Assembly: GCF_000737315.1 (NCBI RefSeq) | Contig: NZ_JMCB01000006.1 | Span: 1 to 64,000, forward strand | Length of the DNA: 64,000 bases | Source of the DNA: Hyalangium minutum | GTDB lineage: Bacteria; Myxococcota; Myxococcia; Myxococcales; Myxococcaceae | Direction of reading: 5' to 3' | Shown here: positions 1 to 8,052 of the stretch, one piece after another | Position numbering within the stretch: position 1 is the first letter of the stretch | Layout: each line of letters opens with the position of its first letter | Made by a program: the position numbers and the translations under genes | The notes under the pieces: model-generated | Told to the model about the DNA's origin: nothing | Database searches by the model: none | What the model saw: only the letters and a program-made list of their open reading frames with translations

Positions 1-873
1 GCACTCCCCGCTCCCCGCGTCCCACACCTTCACCGTGCTGTCATCCGCCCCGGACACCACTCGCTTCCCGTCCGGACTCCACCCGCACGCAATCACAGAG
101 CCCGCGTGCCCACTCAGCGTCAGCAGGCACTCCCCGCTCCCCGCGTCCCACACCTTCACCGTGCGGTCATACGCCCCGGACACCACTCGCTTCCCGTCCG
201 GACTCCACCCGCACGCATTCACAAAGCCCGCGTGCCCGCTCAGCGTCAGCAGGCACTCCCCGCTCCCTGCGTCCCACACCTTCACCGTGCTGTCATCCGC
301 CCCGGACACCACTCGCTTCCCGTCCGGACTCCACCCGCACGCAGTCACACCGCCCGCGTGCCCGCTCAGCGTCAGCAGGCACTGTCCGCTCCCCGCGTCC
401 CACACCTTCACCGTGCGGTCATACGCCCCGGACACCACTCGCTTCCCGTCCGGACTCCACCCGCACGCAGTCACAAAGCCCGCGTGCCCGCTCAGCGTCA
501 GCAGGCACTCCCCGCTCCCCGCGTCCCACACCTTCACCGTGCTGTCATCCGCCCCGGACACCACTCGCTTCCCGTCCGGACTCCACTCGCACGCATTCAC
601 AAAGCCCGCGTGCCCGCTCAGCGTCAGCAGGCACTGTCCGCTCCCCGCGTCCCACACCTTCACCGTGCGGTCAGACGCCCCGGACACCACTCGCTTCCCG
701 TCCGGACTCCACCCGCACGCAGTCACAAAGCCCGCGTGCCCGCTCAGCGTCAGCAGGCACTCCCCGCTCCCCGCGTCCCACACCTTCACCGTGCTGTCAT
801 CCGCCCCGGACACCACTCGCTTCCCGTCCGGACTCCACCCGCACGCAGCCACAAAGCCCGCGTGTCCCTGCAG
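1..873 (-). repeat. 126-bp (42-aa) near-identical tandem repeat encoding WD40 blades; 6 complete units plus 1 nearly complete unit visible
   Basis: Units start on the - strand at 873, 747, 621, 495, 369, 243 and 117. Consensus LSGHAG[F/G/S]V[T/N/I/A]AC[G/E]WSPDGKRVVSGA[D/Y/S]D[S/R]TVKVWDAGSG[E/Q]CLLT. Confidence 0.97.
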
Positions 874-3750
874 GACCATCAGCCGAGAGCCCTCTCGCCG
901 AGGATGACTCGGGCGCTCGTGGATCAGCGAAGCCTGGTGCTCCCAATTCTCCGGCAGAGTGGCCCCAGCAGCGCTCACTCCGATCCACTGGCAACCCTCG
1001 AGTTGAGCACCCTGGAGGTCCGCCTCCACCAGCGAGCCTCTTTTCCACCGGAGCCCGCGGAAGTCGCTCCCCTGGGCGCGGACACGCGGCGCGCTCACGC
1101 TCAAGAACACCGCTTGCCGGGCTTGCACGCCTGTGAGCTGAGCATTCCCAAGCTCCACGTACTCGAGCCGCGCACGGTTGAGCCGCGCGCTCGAGAGGTC
1201 GGCTCCACGAAGGTTGAGCGGCTGCGAGGCGCTACGGCCCTTGAGCCTCCAGCCCTCCAAGTTCGCTCCCGCCAGCTTCACCCGTGCAGGCGTGGGCGCC
1301 GGGTACCCCTGCTCGAGCGCGCGCATCCAGTACGCGAAGGCCAGCCCGGCGGCGCTCAGCGTGTCTCCCCCCAGAATGGACTCCATGGCGCTCAAGGCCT
1401 TCTTGGGGTCTCGCTCCCACTCCATGAGCTGCCCGAGGAAGTCCACCGTCTCCCAGGACACCTCCTCCAGCGCCCACCGCTCCAGCTTGCCTTCCTCCAA
1501 GGCGCGCTTGAGGTAGGTGGCCAGGAAGTACTCCTGCAAGGAGGTATGCGCGAAGCGGAAGTGCCGCTCCTCATCGGTAGGCCGCAGGACAAAGGTCGCC
1601 GTGCGCAAGTCCTCCTTCAGTACCGCACGCTCCTTGGTGGCATACGCTGCGGCAATCGCCGGGTTCGACAGCAGGTACTCGTCAAACCATGCCTCCAGCC
1701 GATCCACTGCCCATTGCTTGCTGCCCTCTCTCCAGAGCGCGGCGGCGAGCTCCTCCATCAGCTGGCGCTTATGGTCCTGTCCCAGTTGGTGCTTCCCGTT
1801 GTCCCGGTTGATCCATGACCGCACCACGAGTTCGTACAACCGCGCGGCGTTCACCTTCTCACGCCGGGCCTTGAGCGACTCCAGCTCACCCAGGTGCTCG
1901 CCGATGAGTGAGAGCAGGTAGGGCCGCTCCGCGAGATCCCGAAGGTTGTGGATGGACTGGATGATCTCGAAAGCCTCGCCCCCACGCGCTGGCGTGCCCA
2001 GGAAGTCCGCCAGATAGCTCTGGATCTGCGCCTCGGTGAAAGGCAGCAGGCAGAGGGCGGGGAAGTTCTTGCGCTCGATGCCTTCGCGGTGCTCGCCAAC
2101 AAGCATGGCATTCTGACTGGCCACGTCGCGGAAGTAATGAGAGCGGCAGGAGATGAGGAGCTTGCCCCGCCGCTTTCCCTCCGGAAGCGGATCCCGAGTC
2201 CGGGCGGCATCGGGCAACACAGCCCAGAGTGTCCGGATGAAGTCCTGGGCGCGAGTCGGCGAGAGGTGGACGATCTTCTCGTCCAAGCCATCGAACAGGA
2301 TGACGGCTCCCTCCTCCCGAACCAAGCGCAACACGTCCTGGGACATGATGCCCCGATGGCTCACCTTCCAGCTCCGCTCGATGACGCTGGTGAGAAGCTG
2401 ATCGATGGTCGGAACGGTGTCCTTGGACTCGCCCACGTAGGCCCGGAGATCCACGTAGATGGGGAGCGGCACGCTCGAATCCACGCGGCGTTTCTTCATC
2501 AACTCCCGGGTGAACTGCTTCAGGGTGGTGGTCTTGCCGATGCCGTACTCGCCGAGCAGCGCGAAGAACGGGGGTGCGCTGGGGTTGAGGGCCCATGTCT
2601 CCAGCTCTTCCAGGGCATCGCGCGCCTGCAGTTCATCCGCGCGGCGCTTGTCAGCCGGGGCGAGCTGTTCCATCTCGTGGAGAGCGAGCCGGTGGGCCCG
2701 GTTCCGCTGATAGTGCAGGGTCTCCTCGGGAACCGGGACATGGTCAGCGGCGGTGCTTGTGTCGCCCTCCTTGGACTCGCGAGGCGACGCCGATGGACCA
2801 GGCGCGGGGGGCGGAGCGAAGAAGGCGTTGAGTCTCTTCTCGATCGCCAGATAGAGCTTGAAGACGAAGTCCCGCTTCATCGCCCCCGTGTTCATCTGGT
2901 CGTAGTAGCGCCCCTCGATTCGCGGCGTTCGCATCAGGAAGATCTGGTGCTCGCCGAGCCCCTTGAGGTCATGGCTCCCGAACGACACCGGCACCACCCC
3001 CACGGGCAGGACGGGCTTGCGCTCCGAGTCATCCTCGGGACCTACGAAGTGAGGCAGTTCCTTCTCACGGATGAACTTGCTGGCAAAGAAAGAGGGGCTC
3101 ACCATCAGCAGCCCGAAGTCGCAGCTCTGGATGCCCTGCTCGATGCTCTGGCGCCACTTGTCGCCCAAGAGGATGTCCTGGTCGATCCAGTCGATGAGCT
3201 CGTAGCGAGCCGAGGCGGCAAAGTGGGTTTTCAGTTCCTTCACCAGGGCGTCGACGAGTGTTCGATTGTCGTGGGCGTAGGAGACGAAGAAGCGCACCTT
3301 GCGCTTGCCAGGCGTGTTGACCGCTCCGGTGGTCGTTGCGAGGCCTTTGGCCTTGATCAGCGGCTTGCCCTCGACGTCGGCCGTGGACTCGTCTGAGAAC
3401 TTCTCCGCCTGCTTGACGGCCGGATCAGGGCCGGTGAACCAGCAGAAGCGCTCCTCGGGCGGGTTCTTCTTCTTCGAATCCACCTCGAAGCGCAACCCAA
3501 GGCCGGAACCGTCCTCGCCCACGGAGACGTCGTTCACACGCTTCCGGAAGGAGGCCAGCGCCAGTTGCGCCTCGCGCCCCTTCTTGTCCGGGAAGAGCAC
3601 ATTGAGGCAGTCGGACATCCGGAAGCGACCCGCCGCCGCCAGGGTGACCGCTTTCTCCAAGCGCTCCCGATCCGACTTGCCGAGTTCTTCGAGCCAGGGC
3701 TCCACGGCCACGCGGAGGCCTTCACCAGAAAGAGGCTGAGACGATCCCAT
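1..3750 (-). CDS. NLR-like protein: N-terminal unknown domain + TIR + NACHT NTPase + pentapeptide repeats + WD40 repeats (3' end outside window)
   Basis: Not in the ORF track; translated by hand from ATG at 3750 (MGSSQPLSGEG...), staying in frame to position 1. TIR-like RFFVSYAHD...DWIDQDILLGDKW...DFGLLMVSPSFFASKFIREKEL (~3300-2830). Walker A GEYGIGKTT (2530-2553) and Walker B VILFDGLDE (~2280-2305). Pentapeptide-like LAGANLEG/LRGADLSSARLNRARL/ADLQGAQLEG (~1270-990). WD40 GH...WSPDGKRVVSG..D.TVKVWD from 873 down. Confidence 0.9.
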   Translation of the reverse strand, partial: MGSSQPLSGEGLRVAVEPWLEELGKSDRERLEKAVTLAAAGRFRMSDCLNVLFPDKKGREAQLALASFRKRVNDVSVGEDGSGLGLRFEVDSKKKNPPEERFCWFTGPDPAVKQAEKFSDESTADVEGKPLIKAKGLATTTGAVNTPGKRKVRFFVSYAHDNRTLVDALVKELKTHFAASARYELIDWIDQDILLGDKWRQSIEQGIQSCDFGLLMVSPSFFASKFIREKELPHFVGPEDDSERKPVLPVGVVPVSFGSHDLKGLGEHQIFLMRTPRIEGRYYDQMNTGAMKRDFVFKLYLAIEKRLNAFFAPPPAPGPSASPRESKEGDTSTAADHVPVPEETLHYQRNRAHRLALHEMEQLAPADKRRADELQARDALEELETWALNPSAPPFFALLGEYGIGKTTTLKQFTRELMKKRRVDSSVPLPIYVDLRAYVGESKDTVPTIDQLLTSVIERSWKVSHRGIMSQDVLRLVREEGAVILFDGLDEKIVHLSPTRAQDFIRTLWAVLPDAARTRDPLPEGKRRGKLLISCRSHYFRDVASQNAMLVGEHREGIERKNFPALCLLPFTEAQIQSYLADFLGTPARGGEAFEIIQSIHNLRDLAERPYLLSLIGEHLGELESLKARREKVNAARLYELVVRSWINRDNGKHQLGQDHKRQLMEELAAALWREGSKQWAVDRLEAWFDEYLLSNPAIAAAYATKERAVLKEDLRTATFVLRPTDEERHFRFAHTSLQEYFLATYLKRALEEGKLERWALEEVSWETVDFLGQLMEWERDPKKALSAMESILGGDTLSAAGLAFAYWMRALEQGYPAPTPARVKLAGANLEGWRLKGRSASQPLNLRGADLSSARLNRARLEYVELGNAQLTGVQARQAVFLSVSAPRVRAQGSDFRGLRWKRGSLVEADLQGAQLEGCQWIGVSAAGATLPENWEHQASLIHERPSHPRREGSRLMVLQGHAGFVAACGWSPDGKRVVSGADDSTVKVWDAGSGECLLTLSGHAGFVTACGWSPDGKRVVSGASDRTVKVWDAGSGQCLLTLSGHAGFVNACEWSPDGKRVVSGADDSTVKVWDAGSGECLLTLSGHAGFVTACGWSPDGKRVVSGAYDRTVKVWDAGSGQCLLTLSGHAGGVTACGWSPDGKRVVSGADDSTVKVWDAGSGECLLTLSGHAGFVNACGWSPDGKRVVSGAYDRTVKVWDAGSGECLLTLSGHAGSVIACGWSPDGKRVVSGADDSTVKVWDAGSGEC

Positions 3751-3794
3751 GCACCTCTAAATGCTCCGGTCCACGCGAAAGCACAAGACGCTTC

Positions 3795-3830
3795 TTGATG
3801 ATTTTGATGATTCCTTGATGTTTTTATCAT
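3795..3830. promoter_or_regulatory. AT-rich element with three TTGATG direct repeats upstream of the NLR-like gene
   Basis: TTGATG at 3795, 3804 and 3815, followed by TTTTTATCAT. It lies 45-80 bp upstream of the 3750 start and is strongly AT-rich for this window. Confidence 0.35.
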
Positions 3831-3884
3831 CGGGTGGGTCTTTGTAGGCATGCCGGACCCTCCTGATGTGCCTACGCTGAGGGC

Positions 3885-4010
3885 ATGCCGTTGTCTCCTG
3901 AGGAACTCGCGCAGCTGGAACGACTTGCCGCAGCCAGCCGAGCCTCCGCAGCCCTCCACAGGCTCCGTGCTGAGCAAGCACCCAAGACACGTTGCCCTCC
4001 CAAGCGCTGA
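3885..4010 (+). CDS. Possible 41-aa small protein (MPLSPEELAQLERLAAASRASAALHRLRAEQAPKTRCPPKR)
   Basis: ATG at 3885 preceded by GAGGGC, TGA at 4008-4010, helical-looking N-terminus. No family recognised. Confidence 0.2.
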   Translation: MPLSPEELAQLERLAAASRASAALHRLRAEQAPKTRCPPKR

Positions 4011-4180
4011 TCATCTGCAAAGAGAAGAAGCGCCGCGCGAGGTGTTTGGGTCCACAGGCGAACGGGAAAGTGCCAAAGGGACTTGCTGTCCGCCTGACTC
4101 GTTGGCTCAAGTAGCTGGCTCGGACGGGAAGATGCGGCGCCCCAAGGGGTTATAAGGGGCCGGTAACCAGGAGAGCAGGC

Positions 4181-5623
4181 ATGCGCCTCGTGAAAACGCA
4201 GGAAGTGTCGGAGCAGGAGCGCCCCCTCGAAGAGGCCTTCGAGCGGCTCCAGGCGCGCCGCTGGGAGATGGCTCAGACCACCGCCAAGGAGCGGCTCGCT
4301 CGCCTGGAGCGCCTCAAGGCCAACATCCTCAGCCGCCGCGAAGCCCTCGCCGAGGCTCTCTTCGCTGACTTCCGCAAGCCCCGCGCCGAGGCCGAAAGCA
4401 CCGAGATCCTCCCCGTCCTCATGGAGCTAGCCCACACCGCCAAGCACCTCAAGTCTTGGATGAAGCCTCGCAAGGTCGAGACGCCGCTCCTCCTCACCGG
4501 CACCCACAGCGAGGTCCGCTACGAGCCCAAGGGCGTCGTGCTCGTCATCGCCCCGTGGAACTACCCCTTCTGTCTGGCCATCGCCCCGCTGATTGCCGCC
4601 GTGTCCGCCGGCAACTGCGTCATGCTCAAGGCCAGCGAGAAGACGCCCCACGTCGCCGCCTTCCTCGAGTCCCTCATCAAGGACACCTTTGATTCCACCG
4701 AGGTCACCACCATTCAGGGCGGCCCGGAGATCGGCGAGGCCCTGCTGCGCCTCCCCTTCGATCACTTCTTCTTCACCGGTGGCCCGCGCGTGGGCCAGAA
4801 GGTCATGGCCGCCGCCGCGCGGCACCTCTCCGGCGTCACCTTGGAGCTGGGCGGCAAGTCCCCCGTCGTCGTGGACGCCTCCGCCGACGTGAAGGCTGCC
4901 GCCGAGCGCGTCGTCTGGGGCAAGTTCCTCAACGCCGGCCAGACGTGCATCGCCCCCGACTACGTCTTCGTCCATGCCTCCCAGGAGGAGGCGTTCCTCT
5001 CCGCCGCCAAGGACGCACTGGAGCGCTTCTACGGAAAGACCGAGGAGGCCCGCCGCGCCAGCCCCGACCTCTGCCGGCTCGTGGATGACGCCGCCTTCTC
5101 TCGCGTCTGCGGTCTGCTGGATCGCACCGTCAGCTCGGGCAGCCGCGTGGTGGCCGGTGGCGTGGTGGATGCGCCCAGCCGCTACATCGCTCCCACGCTG
5201 CTCGCGGACGTGACGGCCGAGTCCGCCGTCATGGAAGAGGAGATCTTCGGGCCGCTCCTGCCCGTGCTGCGCTTCGAGCAGCTCGACACGGTGGTGAGCT
5301 TCATCCGGAGCCAGGGCAAGCCGCTGGCCATGTACATCTTCAGCACGGACGACGATGCCGTAGAGCGGCTGCTGCGGCAGACCTCCGCCGGAGGCACCGT
5401 GGTGAACAACGTCATCCTCCACATCGTGAACCCCGGCCTGCCCTTCGGCGGCGTGGGGCAGAGCGGGCTCGGCGCGTACCACGGTGACACCGGCTTCCGG
5501 GAGCTGAGCCACGCGCGCGCCGTGATGAAGCAGGGGCGCGCCTCGCTGGCCCACTTCTTCTTCCCGCCGTACACCGGCAAGGCGCAGCAACTCGCCCGGC
5601 TCGCGAGCCGCTTGTTCGAGTAG
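4181..5623 (+). CDS. NAD(P)-dependent aldehyde dehydrogenase (ALDH3/coniferyl-aldehyde dehydrogenase-like)
   Basis: APWNYP, FTGG, ELGGKSP (catalytic Glu), GQTCIAPDY (catalytic Cys), EEIFGP, PFGGVGQSGLG. GGAG ribosome-binding site upstream. Confidence 0.93.
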   Translation: MRLVKTQEVSEQERPLEEAFERLQARRWEMAQTTAKERLARLERLKANILSRREALAEALFADFRKPRAEAESTEILPVLMELAHTAKHLKSWMKPRKVETPLLLTGTHSEVRYEPKGVVLVIAPWNYPFCLAIAPLIAAVSAGNCVMLKASEKTPHVAAFLESLIKDTFDSTEVTTIQGGPEIGEALLRLPFDHFFFTGGPRVGQKVMAAAARHLSGVTLELGGKSPVVVDASADVKAAAERVVWGKFLNAGQTCIAPDYVFVHASQEEAFLSAAKDALERFYGKTEEARRASPDLCRLVDDAAFSRVCGLLDRTVSSGSRVVAGGVVDAPSRYIAPTLLADVTAESAVMEEEIFGPLLPVLRFEQLDTVVSFIRSQGKPLAMYIFSTDDDAVERLLRQTSAGGTVVNNVILHIVNPGLPFGGVGQSGLGAYHGDTGFRELSHARAVMKQGRASLAHFFFPPYTGKAQQLARLASRLFE

Positions 5624-5632
5624 CCTGCGCTT

Positions 5633-6259
5633 GTGCTGACCGTCGACCCTCATCCCCTCCTGGATGCCCTGGCCTTCACCACCACCTTCCCAGGGCCTCT
5701 GTCCTCCCTGCCCTCCCCGGAGTGGCTCACCGCCCTCCTGAAGCAGGGCACCTCCGCGCCGCTCTCCAGCGATGACGCCGTGCGCGGCGTCGTCCGGGAC
5801 TTGCTGCGCCACGGCGGCTACAAGCCCACCGGCCGGGGCAAGCCCGCCTCCGAGTACCTCGTGCGCGCCTCGGGCGATGGCTCGCTGGGCTCCATCAACG
5901 CCGCCGTGGATGCGTGCAACGCCGTCTCCCTCCACAGCGGCCTCCCCATCAGCGTGGTGGACCTCGACCGCGCGAAGGCCCCCTTCCGCCTCGGCATCGC
6001 CCCCCAGGGCTCCGAGTACGTCTTCAACGCTTCCGGGCAGACCATCGACCTGTCCGGCCTGCTGTGCCTCTTCGACGCCGACGGCCCCTGCGCCAACGCC
6101 GTGAAGGACGCCCAGCGCACCAAGACGAACGCGGATACCCGCCGCACCCTCACTGTTCTCTGGGGCGCCAAGGCCCTGGGCGACCGCACCTCCCGCGCCT
6201 TCACCTGGTACCGCGAGCTGCTCGAGCGCCTCGGAGCCACCGTGGAGCGCGTTCCCTGA
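5633..6259 (+). CDS. Stand-alone B3/B4 domain protein (PheRS-beta editing-domain-like)
   Basis: GYKPTGRGKPASEYL, INAAVDACNAVSLHSGLPISVVDLD and DADGPCANAVKD are typical of stand-alone B3/4 proteins. Confidence 0.8.
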   Translation: MLTVDPHPLLDALAFTTTFPGPLSSLPSPEWLTALLKQGTSAPLSSDDAVRGVVRDLLRHGGYKPTGRGKPASEYLVRASGDGSLGSINAAVDACNAVSLHSGLPISVVDLDRAKAPFRLGIAPQGSEYVFNASGQTIDLSGLLCLFDADGPCANAVKDAQRTKTNADTRRTLTVLWGAKALGDRTSRAFTWYRELLERLGATVERVP

Positions 6260-7362
6260 GCACGCTGGACCTCGAGCTGCTGCTGGCCGACGGTGCCCGC
6301 ACGCTCTCCGCCACTTGGGGCCGCCCGGTGCTGCTCACGGCTCCCGAGGTCCTCCGCACCACGGAACGCAGCGACGTGGTCCGCGCCCGCGTGGTCGGCG
6401 GTGGCCAGGAGCCCAGCGTCGTCCTCAAGCACTTCCGGGATGACCCTGTCTGCGGACTGGATGACTGGGCCGCGCACGTGTTCCTCACCCAGCGAGGCCT
6501 GTACATCGGCCCCCGCTTCCTCGCGGGCAGCGAGGAGGCCCGCCTCTTCATCATGGAGGACCTCGGCCGGGGCCAAAGCCTGGAAACACTGCTCCAGGGC
6601 AACGAGGCGTACACCGCCAGCGGTGCGCTGATGTCCATCGTTCGGCTCACCTCCGTGCTGCACGTCCGCACCCTCGGCGCACAGTCGGACTACGACACCG
6701 TCCGCCAGTCGATCGAGCCTCGCCACGAGCGCGTCCGCATCGAGAACGCCCGCTACCTGCTGGACAACGCCGGGCGCCTGCGGCGGTGGCTCGCGGAGGT
6801 GGGCGCGAAAGAGGACCCGGGCCTCCAAGCGGATCTGGAGCAGGTGGCGCGAGGGCTCGCCGACCCCGGCCCGTTCCTCGTCTTCACCCACGGAGACATG
6901 GCGCCGAGCAACACGCTCTTCTCGCGGGACGGCCCGCGCCTCGTGGACTTCGAGTACGGCGGCATGCGCAGCGCCCTCTACGACGCGCTGATGTGGCTGC
7001 TCACCGTGCCGTTCCCCGACGAGCTCATCTCCCGCGCGGACCTCTACTACCGCGCCGGGCTGAGCCAGGGCTGCTACGCGGCACAGGTGGACTCGGACTA
7101 TCTGCGCGCCCGCGCCACCGTGGCCGCCGCGCGCACCGTGAACGTCTTCCAGTGGATCTCCCCCAAGGCCCTGGAGAGAGACAGGGACTGGGCCCCCGGC
7201 TTCACCGAGCGCACTGCGCTGCTGCGCCACCTCGAGCGGCTCCGGATCATCCTGCAGCCCTTCAACCCTGTCCCCGCGCTCTCGCGCACGCTCGAGTCCC
7301 TGGAAGTCCGCCTGCGCGAGCGCTGGACCGTGCAGCCCTTCGTCTGGCCCGCGTTCCGGTGA
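6256..7362 (+). CDS. Aminoglycoside-phosphotransferase/choline-kinase-like phosphotransferase
   Basis: Brenner-type motifs HGDMAPSN and LVDFEYG, plus VVLKHF. The start is uncertain: the in-frame codon overlapping the upstream TGA is CTG (6256). The upstream part of track ORF 5914-7362 overlaps the B3/4 gene and is likely spurious. Confidence 0.7.
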   Translation: MSTLDLELLLADGARTLSATWGRPVLLTAPEVLRTTERSDVVRARVVGGGQEPSVVLKHFRDDPVCGLDDWAAHVFLTQRGLYIGPRFLAGSEEARLFIMEDLGRGQSLETLLQGNEAYTASGALMSIVRLTSVLHVRTLGAQSDYDTVRQSIEPRHERVRIENARYLLDNAGRLRRWLAEVGAKEDPGLQADLEQVARGLADPGPFLVFTHGDMAPSNTLFSRDGPRLVDFEYGGMRSALYDALMWLLTVPFPDELISRADLYYRAGLSQGCYAAQVDSDYLRARATVAAARTVNVFQWISPKALERDRDWAPGFTERTALLRHLERLRIILQPFNPVPALSRTLESLEVRLRERWTVQPFVWPAFR

Positions 7363-7383
7363 GGCCCGGAGAGCGCCTCGCGG

Positions 7384-7890
7384 TCAGAGGCCGAGCTGCT
7401 CCCGAATCGCCGCGACCACCGCGTCCGGTCCCGGCGTCACGTCCACCGGCAGCGCATCCTTCGGCGCCTCCAGCGCCGCGAACTGGCTGTCGAGCAGGCT
7501 CGGCGGCATGAAGTGCCCCGTGCGCTGCGCCAGCCGGCTCGCGATTACCTCCCGGGGCGCCCACAGGTACACCCACTTCACCTGCGCCGGATCCACCGTG
7601 AGCAGCAGCCGGTAACGCTCCTTCAGCGCCGAGCACGCCATCACCACCGGCTCCCCGCGCTCCAGGGCCTCCTGGATGAGCCCGCGCAGCCGCTCCAGCC
7701 AGGGCGCACGGTCCTCGTCCGTCAGCGGGATGCCCGCGGCCATCTTCGCCACGTTCGCCGGAGGGTGGAAGTCATCCCCCTCCACGAAGCGCCAGCCCAG
7801 CAACTGAGCGAGCCGCTTCCCCACCGTCGTCTTCCCCGCTCCCGCCACTCCCATGAGGATGATCACCACTCGCCAGCTCCCCGGATTCAC
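7384..7890 (-). CDS. gntK: Gluconokinase (GntK/IdnK family)
   Basis: MGVAGAGKTTVG P-loop, EGDDFHPPANVAKMAAGIPLTDEDRAPWL, ACSALK, HFMPPSLLDSQFAALE. The true start may be a GTG near 7866-7869. Confidence 0.92.
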   Translation of the reverse strand: MNPGSWRVVIILMGVAGAGKTTVGKRLAQLLGWRFVEGDDFHPPANVAKMAAGIPLTDEDRAPWLERLRGLIQEALERGEPVVMACSALKERYRLLLTVDPAQVKWVYLWAPREVIASRLAQRTGHFMPPSLLDSQFAALEAPKDALPVDVTPGPDAVVAAIREQLGL

Positions 7891-8052
7891 AGATGCACTT
7901 CACCCATGGTGCGGCACTTCCCGCCCCGTTGCTACCCCCGAGGATAGGCACCGTTCACCCACCCTCCAGGGTCCTCTGTCCACGTCGGACCTGAGAGATA
8001 CGATTCCCTCTGTCGCCGCGAGGAATTCGCGGCGTTGTGAGGGTTCCATCGC

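Noticed and set aside
1-873. CRISPR array or non-coding satellite interpretation of the tandem repeat
   Set aside because: The units are contiguous 126-bp (42-codon) copies without unique spacers and translate on the minus strand into canonical WD40 blades.
35-3396. Plus-strand track ORFs 35-907, 106-1818 and 1948-3396
   Set aside because: They are antisense shadows of the TIR-NACHT-WD40 gene and have no recognisable motifs.
3815-3830. FNR/CRP-type box
   Set aside because: The sequence is TTGAT-N6-ATCAT, which does not match the TTGAT-N4-ATCAA spacing.
5633-6259. pheT (PheRS beta subunit)
   Set aside because: It is only 208 aa, covers the B3/4 domain alone, and has no pheS neighbour.
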